Positions 38,729 to 53,295 are shown, counted from the first letter of the stretch. The stretch is 64,000 nt of DNA from Octopus sinensis (GCF_006345805.1 NC_042997.1:129270001-129334000); one strand, 5' to 3'. Notes: generated from the sequence alone by a model not told the origin. Numbers and translations: made by a program.

Positions 38729-40269
38729 ATATTTGATTAAAACTGATAAAGTTAAACAGAATGGTTTAGTCATTAAACTATTTGGAAGTAACAACTGATC
38801 TCTTAATAGAGGAAGCTGAAGTACTGAAATATAAGATAAATTAGCTTTTGTTTAAAAAAAACTAATGAAGTAGGAGATAGGAGCTCATTTCACAATTTGT
38901 TACAATGCTCAACATCTCCAAGTGATATAGTTATATGTGCAGAATCAAACTTAATAATTACTAGATCTAAATAACAAGCCAAACTTTCATTCTTCCTCCT
39001 ACAACATTATTTCTCAAGAAGGGACTCCCCCACCAAGCTCGGCTTCTGTTGATAAAATTCATTATTCAAAGAGAACTAAAAGATTTAATTTGTGATTTTA
39101 TTAACGTGTTAAATTGTATAAATATAAAAATCTAATTCCAGATTATAATACTATTTTATAATACAGTTATAATACTATTACTGTTCATTTTGGCTGATTT
39201 TACAATCTGATAGTCTATTGCTTTTCTTAAGAGAGTGTGAATGCTGTGAGTCAATGACATTTCTTTTTTCTCTTTCCAATAAATGACGTATCATGTGATG
39301 AGTGAATGCAGATTTTTACCTAAACCGGATGCTTAGCTGTAACATTATTCATTGAATACAGCCTTTGTATACAGATATCTTATGACCACTTATTATGACA
39401 ACACACTAAATTTGACAAGTTGAAATAGAATATTAAAGTATTTGAAGTCTGTTTTCAATGAATGGATGTAGGTATGACCAAATGGTTAAAACTTTGCTTC
39501 ACAATCATAAATTCTTGAGTTTTATCCCATTGCATGGCATGTCTTACATCAAGCCTTCAGGTAAACCCAAACCTTAGTAATGAAACAGAAAAGACAGAAG
39601 ATATTTGGAAGACTGTATCTAAACTTCAAAGACCACCCTTGTCACAAACTGTTATGATGATTCTCTCTCATCTACTTACACTAATTTAATAAGTAGACCA
39701 TTCTATTGCCTGAACAATTGGATTACACATGAGGGAAGCCAATGCAAGATCCATTTTAAATATGCCATGAACACAAGGAAATCAATGAAGATCATACAAG
39801 TTAATTTCACCTTATCAAAGGATCCACATTCAATACAGAACATACAGAACCCTACCACAATTACCATTACAGTTGAACAGTAACTTTCATCACAAAGTTA
39901 GCTTCTGATTAAATAACAACCAGTTAACCAGCTACATACACACTAATTTCGTGATTAGATGGTTCTGCTGATTGAACAATTAGAACACAAATCTCAGTAA
40001 CCAATACTAAATCTATTTTATATTTGCCATGAACATCAGAAAATTGACTGAGCTATCTTTATGTCATATGTCAAAGAACTAACATACAATACAAACCCTC
40101 GATTACCAATGAAACACTTTCACAGCAAAGTTATCTCCTGATTAAACAACAGCCAGTTAACTCGATTGTTCTTTGTCTACCTGTCACCTATAGATTGCTA
40201 ACACCAGTTCAATCAATTAATAATGTTCCATGTAAGAATTCAAAGCCATAACTCAAGTCAAGTAAAACC

Positions 40270-40630
40270 AATATCGTAGCTGGGGCCGGTAACCCCTGAC
40301 TGGCTCCCGTGCTGGTGGCACATAAAAAGCACCATCCGAACGTGGTCAATGCCAGATCCCCCTAACTGGCTCCTATGCCAGTGGCACATAAAAAGCACCA
40401 ACTGATGCCAGTACACCCTGACTGGCTCCTGTGCCGGTGACATGTAAAAAGTACCATCCAAAAAGCACTCACTACACTCTCAGAGTGGTTGGCATTAGGA
40501 AGGGCATCCAACTGTAGAAACTTTGCCAGATCAGATTGGAGCCTGGTGCAGCCGCTGGTTCTCTAGACCTTAGTCAAACCATCCAACCCATGCCAGCATG
40601 GAAAGCGGACGTTAATCGATGATGATGATA
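40270..40630 (+). mobile_element. RTE 3'-UTR / SINE copy with three internal GGCACATAAAAAGCACC-type units
   Basis: Family body and (GAT)n tail. Confidence 0.85.
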
Positions 40631-43600
40631 ACTTATAATATGAACTTTAAATATCATATAGGTGTGTGGTTCAGAAGTTCATTTTACAAATATGTGATTT
40701 TTGGTGCAGTTCACCTGTACAGAACCTTAGGCACAGAACTTACTACAGCCTTAATTTAACCAATACTATTCGAGTGAAATATGTGTGGAAGCCTGTTGCA
40801 ATACAAACACATACAAACATGTATGTGTGCATGTGATGTATATCAGTGGTGAGAAAACACAAAAAGAAAAACAGCTTCACTAACAAAAGTCCCTTGAGAT
40901 ATATATTCTGCATCAAGTTGCAGACACTCCCTCATTCCTGTCACTGTCAGAAATACAATGAACTAGGAATGGTCCATTGGAAATTTATCACCAACATTGC
41001 TAATTGTCCACAAATTGTGATGTAAAATAAAATTTACAAATAAATCTTATCTAAGATATAACACAACACTGGAATCATTCTATATGACAATTTTTGTTAG
41101 AAAAAGTTTCTAAATGTAAAATTTCTCATACTTGAACATTAATTGGCACTTGTGCCCCGTGCTAGTAGGGTGCTAAGAGCACCATCTGAGCATGATCGTT
41201 GCCGGAGCGGCTAACTGGCTTCCGTGCAAGTGGCATGTAGGAGGCACCATTCGAGTGGGATCGTTACCAGCATCGCCTTACTGGCACCTGTGCCGTTGGC
41301 ATGTGTAAAAAAAAAATTCAAGCGAGGTTGTTGCCGCCTGACTGGCCCTCATGTCAGAAGTCTGAATGGTGTGTGTATGACAGTTGTGGTGGCGATGGTG
41401 GTGGTACTGGTGATGATGATGGTTGAAAACAATCAACAGGGGAGAGAGAGAAAGAAAAGGTTAGACAGAAAAAAAATTGTACTGAATATATGTCCATATT
41501 GCAGAAAGGACTCCTTCCAATCTTCTCCAGTGGTGAAATGATTAGAGAAGACTCAAATTTTGTGAAATGATTAAAGAAGACCCAAAATTTGTGAATAAAG
41601 AGAGAAAAAAAACTACTTTTCAAAATGAATTTCATCGTAGTATTTTTTCTTCAGACACTTCTCTGTCACCTTTGACATCAGGAACCAGTGAATTGGTCCA
41701 CTAGAAACCTGTATCTATCAAAGCTCATTCACTAATTGCATATAAAAATATACAAATAAGGTAGTAGGGTGTGATTTAAGGGTGATTTGACTACTGTTTC
41801 TAGCAAGTCAAAAAATCGTATTGGCTTGAAGAAAGAAACTAAAGTTTTAATGAGAGATATAATCAAAAAGTTAAGTTACAAAACAACAGTGTTCAACTAA
41901 ACATAACCAGCCTCATTCACAGAATAATTATCAATAGAATGTCTTTCACTTAATGATGCAGCCTTAATTTACTGTAATAAACTGCCATTTCATCTTCAGG
42001 ATACCCTAACATTTGATAAAACTGATAGTACTCATTAAACCACATAAAAATCTACAAAGAATTCTTTATTCTCCATATTATTATTAAATCTTCAGAAATT
42101 AGTCTCTAAAATTAAATCATTCATTCTGGAAACTCTTCAAAGGCAAAGATTTAGATTAAATCAGCTTAGCAAATCATATTAAATCCCTGACCCAAAGTCA
42201 CTATCTGAATTCCTATAAAATTAAATAATATAACTGGCATGATACACTCTTTTATGTTAATCTAGATATTTCTATTGTTGTTTGTAACATTTGTTACTTG
42301 TACACTCAATCAACTATTGATCTATTTGCTATCATGATCAGCTTGTCTCCAACAAATTCTATTTGCTGACATTTCTTTTTATTGAACAACTTTTATTCAA
42401 CAATTTTTATTAAAATCTGTGTTTCATATTTTAGAAAAATTATAAAAGTTCTATGGACAGAAAAACAAAATAGTAGATATTGTAGGTTAGAGAGTAGGAC
42501 AACATCTGAAAGGGAACAACATCTCAGCGATGTAAGTAGGGTGGCTATTTATAGAGTCAACAGAGTTGATCAAGTGGTTTATATCTGGTGAGTGTGAATA
42601 AAGTGAGAGAGACACTCCTACACATACACAACATAGGCTTGCATTCCTTAACAGATGACCCAAAATACTTGCTTTCTGATAAGATTTAAACATATAGAAA
42701 TGATGAAACCCTTGTATGTCTGAGTGCACAGTGATATCCTTAGCTAAGTAGAGGTGTGGTATATCCATAGTAATGGGTTTCTGGATCACACCTAGTTTGT
42801 TAAGTCAACTAATAATGTCATACATTTGCTCAATCAAAGCTGACTGAAGCTGGAGAACAGAGACATTATTTTAGTTATAGTGGTTTTATTTTCATCAATG
42901 CACCAAGAGAGTTAGGTACGAAGAAACTTTGTAATTTTACAGTATTAGATGAATACCAAAAATACATACAATATAATAAAAACAATATCAGTGAAACAAT
43001 AAATGTTTCTATGGAAACAGACAATTTAGAATTCTAATTCAAAACACTAAAAAGACTAATTTAAAGCAACCTATAAATGCCAGCTGTAATTATAGTTAAT
43101 AGATTAGGAATTATGGCTCAGCTGGAGAAGCTAACACAAAGAATACAGGTTCATTTCTCACATAGGTGTGATATACTATATTTGAAAAACAAACATTTAA
43201 CTGTGTCTATGCTGTAGTAAACTCTTTAATGTAGTTCTCTTCTCCCAACAGTCTATTTATTGGCATGTGTCTGTACATGAAAATGTGTGTGTGTGTGTGT
43301 GTGTAAATAGCGGATGCGTGTGGGCGTATTGATCTGCATGTGTATATATTACATAATGTATATTAAATAAATTACGAATGCATGTGTGCGTCAGAAAAAA
43401 GTAAAAAATGTGGATAGATTAACACTGACAAACCACACCCACATCTGTGTCAAGCCACATCTGGAAGAGTTTACATAGTCAATAACACTTTCATTAATAA
43501 CCAAAAGAAATATTTAGAGTCTACTTTTCTAGCATATACAGTATAGTTGGTTATTGTTGTTGTCATTGTTTTGGTTACTTTTTGGTCAAACCTGATCGAG

Positions 43601-44001
43601 TCGGCCTTTTGTCAAAGAGCCAGCCAGTAATCAGTCTCTCTTCTTTTGAAGCATAATATATCAAACTATATTTTCCAAAGATTCTTTTCATTCTTTTATG
43701 ACAGTAAGGCATGATTTAAAGGAAATTTAGTTGCTATTTCTAACAATCTGACCAACTGAGTTAAGGTAGTTCTTTTGCAGGGCATAATTACTGTTATACG
43801 CAATAGCAATTCTAGTGATGGGAAATAAGCACTTGATCCCAGTGTCCAACTAGTACTTTATTTAATTGATCCCAAAAGGATGAAAGGCAAAGTTCACCCC
43901 AGTGGCATTTGTACTCAGAACAAAGTCCAAAGAAATACCACTCAGTATTTTATCAGGGCAATAATGATTCTACTAGCTCACCAGCTTCCAGTCTGGAATA
44001 A

Positions 44002-44215
44002 ATTGGTTTCAAATTTTGGCACAAGGCCATCAATTTTGGGAGGAAGGACTAAGTCAATTGTCTGCCCCAGTGCTCAACTGGTACTTATTTTAAAGACCCC
44101 AAAAGGAAGAAAGACAAAGTTGACCTTAGCGGAATTTGAACTCAGAATGTAAAAATGGATATGCCACTAAGCATTTTGCCCAACATGCTAACAATTCTGC
44201 CAGCTTGTTGCCTTC
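44002..44215 (-). mobile_element. SINE family C with TSD
   Basis: Flanked by CTGGAATAA at 43993-44001 and 44216-44224. Confidence 0.8.
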
Positions 44216-45439
44216 CTGGAATAATATTGACACCACTATCACCGACATTTTCCCATCATGAACTATGTTGACAACTCTGCCATCTCACACTTTTTCCTAT
44301 TTGAAATTATGTCAATGCTATTGCCACCATATGCTCTCTCTCTCTCTCTCTCTCTCTCTGTCTTCCATCTCAAGTAATGTTGACACTGCACCCATCTTTC
44401 ACTACTTCCCATCTCAAGTAGCTATTGCACACTGTCTCCCAACACCACTGGCATCATCATTAACTTATGCGTCTCATATAGTGTATTTATTTTATGAAAC
44501 CTTAAAAAATTAAAAGGTTACATTAATTTTAGATGGATTTGAAATCAAAACTATAAAGCTCTTATGTACAAACTAATGAGGAACTCTCCAGATATGGGGT
44601 TTAAACTACTTCAGATAGCAGTCAAATCTCTCTCATATCCTACTGTTTAAAAATGGAAGGACACATAGAATAAGGCAGGATGATCATGACTGGAAAGTCT
44701 TTTGATCATAAGTCTTCTCAATTAGGGTTAACTTGGAGCTAAACAACAATATGCCCCTATCATCTCTACATCAACCACCTAAATATGCTACTTACAACAT
44801 CCCTTGCTTATAAACTGTAGGTTGCAGAGGTGGTGCTTCACTCTATTTTCTATAGTAATAAATGATGAGACAGCCAACCCTGAATGTGATACTATTTCAC
44901 TACCACATTTCCCAGGAAGTTGCAGGACTTATTATTCAGTGTCATGGTTTCAGTTATGTAGAATTGAACAATTTGTTCAATACAAGATCAGAGTGAAATA
45001 CCAGTAGTGAAATTGAACTCATCATCCACAATTTACTAATATATTCCTTATCTGCTCATACACTTTACCTCTAACACTTCAATAAAAGAAAGTTGGATCT
45101 ATTTTGAATCTAAACAACCAGCATAGGTGGTACTTCAGTATGACCATAGTCCAATGACTGATATGAGCAAAAGGAAGTGAAAAAATATTTATAAGAGAAA
45201 AGTTTCTGGAAGTAAATCAAAATAAAGAAAGACATCTGAAATTCTTACTAAAATATTAAATCAGCCACCATAAGATGTTGAGTGGATAGAGTATTGAATA
45301 ACTAGCTGAAAGGTCACTGGTTCATATTCCAGGAATTTATTGATGTTTCATATATGACAAAACTTCAGTTTTGATAGCATCCTTCAGTTATTCCTGATAT
45401 ACCTGTAACTATCAACTTCTTCATTCTGGGACAGCCTGT

Positions 45440-45975
45440 AATGTTTATGGCACTGTTCCCTTTTCTTAAGAAAAGGTGATAGTATTGTGTACATGGTAAA
45501 GACACTTAGCTGTCAATAGCCCAGTCTATCTAGTAAGAAGTAGGTACTCCAATTGGATACAGGTTATTGTGTTGTATCCGTGACCGATACAGCAATCTAT
45601 AGCTTAGGCCATCTAGCTAGGACAAGTGTTGGCATTGTGTCCATGGTCAAGATGATTGGCTGTCAACAGCCCAGCCCATCTAGTAAGAAGTAGGTACATC
45701 AATGTGGTATTGCTCATAGTACTGTGTCCATGACAATATAAATACTAACAGCTCAGTCTATATGACTCTATATAAGTACTCTAATGTAAGGTACTGTACA
45801 GTGTCTATACAACAGTCATCAGATCAACCCATGTAGCTAGAATATGTGGTGGCACTGTGTCCATGGTCAAGATACTTAGCTGTCATTAGTTTAGTCTACC
45901 AGGCTGTATATAGGTCCACAGAGTGGTATAACTCATTTTACTAGGTCCGTAAACCAAGACACTTAACTCTCAATA
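45440..45975. repeat. Degenerate tandem repeat of about 65-90 bp
   Basis: ACTGTGTCCATGGTCAAGA.ACTTAGCTGTCAA.AGCCCAG...TCTAGTAAGAAGTAGGTAC recurs about 7 times. Confidence 0.8.
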
Positions 45976-46644
45976 GACCATTTCTTCACCAACCAAGCAA
46001 TATACTACTTTGAGTGACAAAATTTCTGACTCCTAGGAGCATTTCACTGAAGTAATAAATAAAGCCATTCGTTGGAAACCCTAGAGAGAGAGTCCTCAAT
46101 GACAGAAAATTGGAGAAAGAGTAAGTGAGAGTGAGAATCTGTAAAAGCAAGAGTATGTGTACAAGTGGGAGAGACAGTATATGAAAGCAAGAGTGTGTAC
46201 AAGGGTGAGAACGTGTGTGTATGTATGAGTGAAAGAGACAGAAAGATAAAAAGTGCATGAGGAAGTGAGAGAGATGGTAGGTGTGTGACAGAGAGAGTGA
46301 GAGATTAATATGACAGAGTTAACCAGTGCAAATTTATTGAGATCAGGTGAGGATATAAAATCAAGGACATGAATTAACCCTTATCTGACAGTAATCAGGA
46401 AAGTATGTTACCTACTCAGGTAATTTAAGGAAAGCTGAGTAAAGAGGTATCAGGTGTCATTAACAGATTGTAGTCAAAGTAGAAACTTGATGATCTATGA
46501 TAAGTTTAACAGTGGCTAAAGTCAGTTAATGCTGACACAACCTATTTCATTGTCAGGTTCAACCTTGTTTTAAAAGGAAAACATTTATGTTATCTACATT
46601 ATGCATGAATACATTCTATGTGTGAATTTATATATATATATATA

Positions 46645-47030
46645 TCATCACCATCATCATTTAACATCTGCTTTCCATGCTGGCATGGGTTGGACAGTTT
46701 GATTGAGGACTGGCAAGCCAGAAGGCTGTACCAGGTAACAATCTGATCTGGCAAGGTTTCTACAACTAGATGCCCTTCCTAACGCCAACCATTCTGAGAG
46801 TGTAGCGGGTGCTTTTTACGTACCACCAGCATGAGGGCCAGTCAGGCAGTATTGGCATCAACTACGCTCGAATGGTGCTTTTTACATGCCACCTGCATGA
46901 AACCAGTCAGGCAGCACTGGCATCGGCCACAACAATGATTTCACTTAACAGGTCTTCTCAAGCATGGTTAATTGCCCAATGATTGAAGGGTACTCTTAAA
47001 TGGGCCAGTTATGCTACACTGGCATAGGTC
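46645..47030 (-). mobile_element. RTE 3'-end / SINE copy abutting (TA)n
   Basis: (CAT)n tail next to TA repeats and family body. Confidence 0.85.
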
Positions 47031-47796
47031 ACATTTACGACACCTTTGCCCCACCAACATGCTGTCCCCTCACTCTGTCTAGTCTATCACCACTATGATA
47101 TCTTCTGCTCCTCATAACCAAGATGCACTTCACCTCCAATCCAACCTATCTTACACATTTCTATCCCTTTCTCTCATCATCCCTAGTCCCTAACATACCT
47201 TGCAGTAACCATTATTCCCACCAACTATAAAATAAGTACAGTACTTGATTCAAGCTCAATAAGTACAAAACTGAAATAAGTACTGGTATTGATATGACCA
47301 ATTAAAACCCTTGAAGATGGTACCTTAGTATAGACACAGTACAGTGACTGAACCCAGTAAAAGAACATAAGAAATGTGTGGAATGTGCAGATATATATAA
47401 TATGGGAGAATAGAATTGTGAGAACTTGATGCAATGTGATTTGATAGTACATTGTGGATAGCTTGGTGAAATAGCTACTATACAATGTGTCCTCAATAGA
47501 ATCTCCCTCCCACCTTTACACAAACAGGTATTAGTTTTCCCTCCTCCTCCTATTAAATAATAAGCAAAAAAACTGAACCAATGAAAGAGTCTCTAAATAG
47601 TTGTTCAACCTGTTATAAATAGCAGCTAAATTTCCCTCAAACCACACCCTACTATCTTGAGTACAGAATGGGCATGTTAGACAATATAATCATAAGCGTA
47701 TCTAACAAGTCCAAATGGTCTCAGCTGAAATGCATTTGATCATTGGTCAGATTGACTTAGGGTTAAACAGCAAAAACAAACTGTTGCATTACTTAC

Positions 47797-47970
47797 CCAC
47801 AGCACACATGCCACCAGCCTTCAGATAAGTAATATCCTAAAGTTCTCAGGCGAGGACACCTGGAACGTTTTTGTTTCATCAACGATTCGCTTTCGTCCAT
47901 TTCGAAGTCTTCACCATTAAACATCAAAGGAACTTCATCCATTCCATCTTCATCTTCGCCGTCATATTGT
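47797..47970 (-). CDS. ATP9B: ATP9 N-terminal exon: QYDGEDEDGMDEVPLMFNGEDFEMDESESLMKQKRSRCPRLRTLGYYLSEGWWHVCCG
   Basis: 174 nt, TTTTCTTCAG acceptor, GTAAGT donor, phase 2 at both ends, matching the exon at 14318. Resembles ATP9B YQLEDESAHLDEMPLM...GWKFLCTSCCG as recalled. Confidence 0.88.
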
Positions 47971-50149
47971 CTGAAGAAAACAAAAATTGAAAGAGAGTCA
48001 ACTATTGAAAAGGTTGCAAGATGCAAGGAAATTTTAAGAAAATAAAAATAAGAAATAAGTGGAAATTTTACCGGTGAATGTGTTACATTATAAGACACAA
48101 AAAGAAAATTACTCTCCCCAGACACAACAGAATATGCTTCAACACACAAACTCATATAAAGAATCTTGCAAACCAAATCCAAAAACAAAAAATTGAAAAT
48201 ATTTTAGCTGATCCCCCAAAGTTCACCACTACATATTAGAGACTATGTTAATTCTACTCTATAGTCTCTGAGATAAACCATTCTTTTGTTACAAATAAAC
48301 AAACATTAGTTTGATGTGTAGCATTGTGTAAAATACTTATTTTTAAATTGTAACAAGTCTGATTTTGCTAAAAATATAATTTGTTTAATTCAAATATTTG
48401 GCCATTGAATGCTCCTGTCCCCAAACATAACAACCACTAAATTGAACAGTTTGCAATATATAACAATGAGCTTATTGTATATAGTGCTTAGATGCACTAC
48501 AATTCAGTCTGTAAAGGTTAAAAGAGTGGACAGACAGCAGACATAAGTCAAATAAAGAAAGACATTAATGAAAGCTACAAGTACATATACAGTACATAGA
48601 ATAAAACACAAAAATAGAGAAAAGTGAATATCAAAAGAATCATAAAGAATAAGGGTGCATAGGTATGTCAGGAGTAGTGTTGGTGAATTTCAGAAAGCAT
48701 GGAATTTTTGTAGAATGCAGCATCCTGACAATTAACAAAAAATATAATTTTATAAGCACATTCATGGTTGGTAGGGATAAGGAATTCAAACTGGTGGCCA
48801 AAGTTGTTGATGTTGAAAGGATGGTGGATAATCTTGTAGGCTTCCACCAAGTCAGCTGTTAAACATCAAAACTTCAGTGCCCAAATAAGTAAGATGTTCG
48901 AGATACTTTCACAAGCTTTTTGGTTTATAAACAAATCAAACAAGTAATTTATTTCATAGATGCACAATACACTCTTCAAAAATACTGCCATCAGTAAAAA
49001 AAAATTCATTGTCACTGTAAATATCTAATGAAATATGTAAATTAACTAATTATATATCCAAATTTCCAATTTGTAAATTAAGCAGATTAATTTTTCAAGT
49101 TTTTATCTGAATTACTTTCCCTAATAAACCTGTTGTATGTTATTGTTTGAATAGAATTATGTTTTTGTTAACAATAATCCTCTGTTTCAATAAAATACAA
49201 ACAATAGTATTGCAGTTAACTTTTCTCTGTCATTTTCCTATATGCTACTCTCATTGTAAAGAAAATCTAACAGAAAATCTATTTAATGACTTTTGAGATT
49301 CAAAATTAATATCCTGCTTTCTTAATTCATCAAAAAAATCACAGAATTTATTAGCAAAATATGCCTGACGATTTGAATGATTTAATTCTATAAAATGAAA
49401 TTTCTGGAAGCTGGACATTAGGTACAAAGGTCAGGGCTATAACAGCTATAAATAGCACAGATCATATGATTTTAATTCTTAAGAATATTCTATTTTGTAT
49501 TAAATATTTTCACAAAATATATGGAAAGTAATCAGTGTGCATTCTTAACAGAGAAAATTTTATTTCATATTTCATAAAAATCCACCAAAATGATAAATTT
49601 AAAAAAACAGTACTTCTGTATAGGCACAGACATGGCTGTGTAGTTAAGAAGGTCACTCCTATTTTGTGTGTGTGTATGTGCATGCATGTGTGTGTGCATT
49701 CTTGTATGTGTGTCTTTGTGTCTGTATTTGTCACCCACCACCACCACCAATGCTTGACAACCGGTGTTCATTTGTTTACATCCAAAAAAAAAAAGATAAG
49801 TACTGAGATTGATTTGTTTGACTAAAACCCTTTAAGGTGGGGCCCCAACATGGCCACAATCCAAAGATTGAAACAAGTAAAATATATATATAAGATATGA
49901 TAGTTTACTACTTTCAAAGAAATACACACCACGTAATTGAAACAAATTAAGTTGTCTGCTTTTCTTTGATCACAAATCACTTAATTTTCAAAAAAATCTG
50001 TGAATTTCACTGTGTGTGCACACAACTGTGTGCAATTTACAGTCTAACAGTTTTTGCAAACAAAGTGTTACAAATTTGAGAAAAATGTGAGTTTAAGTAA
50101 AATACAGAAATTACAAAAGACAAAAGGAAGATAAAGAAACTGAATTAAT

Positions 50150-50520
50150 CTAGAAAAACGACGACGCCGTGGTGATCTCATTCTTGCTCACAACATCATA
50201 AGCGGAAAGTGTAACCTCTCGAAAGAGCTGTTCTTCACTCCTGTTCCAGAGCGTCGGCTGTGGGGTCATTCCGAAAAGCTCTATCTGCAACGATTTCATC
50301 TCAATCGAAGGAGAGGGGTTTTCTCCGTCCGGGTTGCGGATCCGTGGAATAAGCTGCCGGACGAGATGGTGAAGATGCCGACGACCGCTCGGTTCAAAGT
50401 CTACCTTGACCACAAGTGGCCTGAACTCTTTACATGAACACCAGCCTGTACATAACTCCATGTCCCCCTACATGGCCTTGCTTTTTGCTTTTTGAGCCAA
50501 AAAATTAACTAACTAACTAA
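50150..50520 (+). mobile_element. Young 5'-truncated CR1-clade LINE (second family)
   Basis: Plus frame 50150-50437 is open: LEKRRRRGDLILAHNII...GHSEKLYLQRFHLNRRRGVFSVRVADPWNKLPDEMV...FKVYLD. (TAAC)n tail at about 50505-50520. Confidence 0.9.
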
Positions 50521-52726
50521 GAAAAATATATTTTTCATTCAGCGCATGGCATAAAATTTCTCTTTTAATTTTAATTAAACCTCTGGTTCTGATCTCTAGT
50601 CAAAAAATTTGCTAATTTTGGACATTCTTCCTTACACAGTCTTCATGTTTGGTAACAACTCTATTATTAAACCCAACAGATTCCCTTAACCACTTTGTTT
50701 TCTACACAAACACAATCTCCACTCACCCAGGAATCATCAAACAAAATTGTTAGAATCTTTACACAATAAAAAAAATGAACTGTAATATCAATTCAACTGA
50801 TCCATATCAGACTTTTTCAGCATCTTCTTCAATAGAGACACCTGTAATAAATAGCTTCCTAGATTCTAAACTAAGATTTGAAACTGGATCTACATCTTAG
50901 GAAGCTATTTGTTACACACCTATTTGGGATCAAACAAGTGTATCTCTCATTCCTACAGCTTTATTTTCTAAAGTTGCTAAATGAAAGCAAAAGCTTTCTG
51001 CTTGCTTGCTCTCTCTCTTTCTCTCTCCATCTACATGTCTTCCAAGCAAGTTAGGCAAACCAGTAATGGGTACCTAATTACAGTGGTAGTCACTGTATAA
51101 CAGAAAACAATGACAAAAGAAAGGCTGCTGTGATGTATATTTACAAAACTTTTGACTAAGTATGTTGTATCCACCTTTCAGCTTCTCTCTACACCAAACA
51201 TCACTTGAACTTTGTCTCTTTTCTCTTTGCGCCCATCTAGCCTGTCCAACAATTTACACTTGCTTTCAATTAACAATATTGTCACTCATCTTCTTACCTA
51301 CTTCTCTATTAGGGTTTCTGGAGAATATTGCTAAACACAGCACTTCATACACAAAAGTAACAGAAATATTTCTTGGTATTCATTCATAAAAAGCTGACAA
51401 AAAGCTAAATTGTCTGCGTCAACTTAAACTTTAGCAGGATGAACTCCTTGAAACAATATTTTATAGACTGGTTTCAAATTTTGGCACAAGGCCAGCAATT
51501 TTGGGGATGGGACCAGTCAATTATATCAACTCAGTGCTCAAATGGTACTTATTTTATCGACCTTGAAAGGATGAAAAGCAAAGTCAACTTTGGCAGAATT
51601 TAAACCCAGAACATAAAGATGGAAAAATGCTGCTAAGCATTTTGCCTGACATGTTAATCACTCTTGCAGCTCACCACTTATTTCAGATATTAAATACTTA
51701 AAATCTGAAACATTTTGTAATGTTTTTTCAGACCCAACAATGTTATGTATGACAAAAACCTAAGCCATTACAGAAGAGTAGAAAAAAATTAGATATTTTT
51801 TACAAATATTTATAGAATACTGAAATAATATGCTAAATTGTTTGAATGAATGGAATGTTAGATACTGTATTGAAATGATTTGTGTAGGAGTACAGCAGCT
51901 TGTAAGGCCAGCAGTAAAAACCAGCAGTAACAATGGAGAACGCAATTACTAAAATTGAAGCATGAAAGAAAACTGTTGAAATCAAACTTACACATTTACT
52001 AAATTCTCACAAGCAACAAATTATTTTAAAGCATACCTCCACTGTGTTCTATGTGATAGTAGAAGTTAATTAAAGATCCAGACAAATTTTTACAATCAGT
52101 AACTTTGTTGGTAGGTAAAGAGCACAGATCAAAAAGCCATCTGTTTGATCCAGCAAGAAGCCAGTCAATGATAGAGTAACATTCACCTTAAGTAATATAT
52201 ATGTATATGTAGGTCATCACCAGTGTAACAAAACTGTAGTTAAACACTGCCAACAAAAGAGCTTCAATACAGTTGCTTAGCCTGCAAGAAATAGCAGTCA
52301 AAATCCCTCAAATCATACCCTACTATCATTTTATTTATTTATTCAATTTTAATGGCTTAGGAAGGGTAGTGTCCATAGCCATTTTCAAGGCATCTATGAC
52401 TAGTAGGAGAAAGTTGTCTTCAGATCAAACATCTAGATTGAGTGGACTCAGCTAAAAGCACCCAAGGGTCAGGAGGTGGTGTTAAACCTGGCAACAGATT
52501 AAGTATACTACCCCAAAACAGAAACAATCTGTCAAACAAACATCCACACAGTTTCTATCTTCTAGATTTCGCTCGAAAGGCTTTTCTTAACCTAAGACTA
52601 TGATAAAAGACATTTGACCAAGTGTTGTGCAGTGCAATTGAGCCCAAAACCACCTAGTTGTAAAACTAACCTCTTTAACCACACAGTCATACCTGTATTC
52701 AGCTTATAAAAGGAAAGGCATAGGGT

Positions 52727-52763
<37 letters not shown>

Positions 52764-52769
52764 TATACT

Positions 52770-53095
52770 ATTTTACTCTTTTACTTGTTACAGTCATTTG
52801 ACTGTACTTATTCTATTAGTCTCTTTTGCCAAACCACTGAGTTACAGGGACATAAACACACCAGCATCGGTTGTCAAGTGATGTTGGGGGGACAAACACA
52901 GACACAGAAACGTACACACACACATATACGATAGGCTTCTTTCAGTTTCCATCTACCAAATCCACTCACAAGGCTTTGGTTGGCCCGAGGCTATAGTAGA
53001 AGACACTTGCCCAAGGTACTATGCAGAGGGACTGAAACCGGAACCATGTGGTTGGTAAGCAAACTACTTACCACACAGCCACTCCTACGCCTATA
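52770..53095 (-). mobile_element. SINE family A
   Basis: tRNA-like head ending ...CCACACAGCCACTCCTACGCCTAT on the plus strand. Confidence 0.88.
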
Positions 53096-53102
53096 TATAT
53101 AT

Positions 53103-53290
53103 GTGCCGGTGGCACATAAAAAGCACCCACTACACTCACGGAGTGGTTGACTTTAGGAAGGCTATCCAGCTGTAGAAACACTGCCAAATCAGACTGGTGC
53201 CTGGTGCAGCCTCCTGGCTTCCCAGACCCCGGTCGAACCGTTCAACTCGTGCTAGCACGGAAAACGGATGTTAAACGATGATGATGATGA

Positions 53291-53295
<5 letters not shown>
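53103..53295 (+). mobile_element. RTE 3'-end / SINE copy within (TA)n
   Basis: Family body and (GAT)n tail, with TA repeats on both sides. Confidence 0.88.

Noticed and set aside
50150-50461. 103-aa minus-strand ORF
   Set aside because: It is the antisense shadow of the CR1 ORF2 C-terminus on the plus strand.
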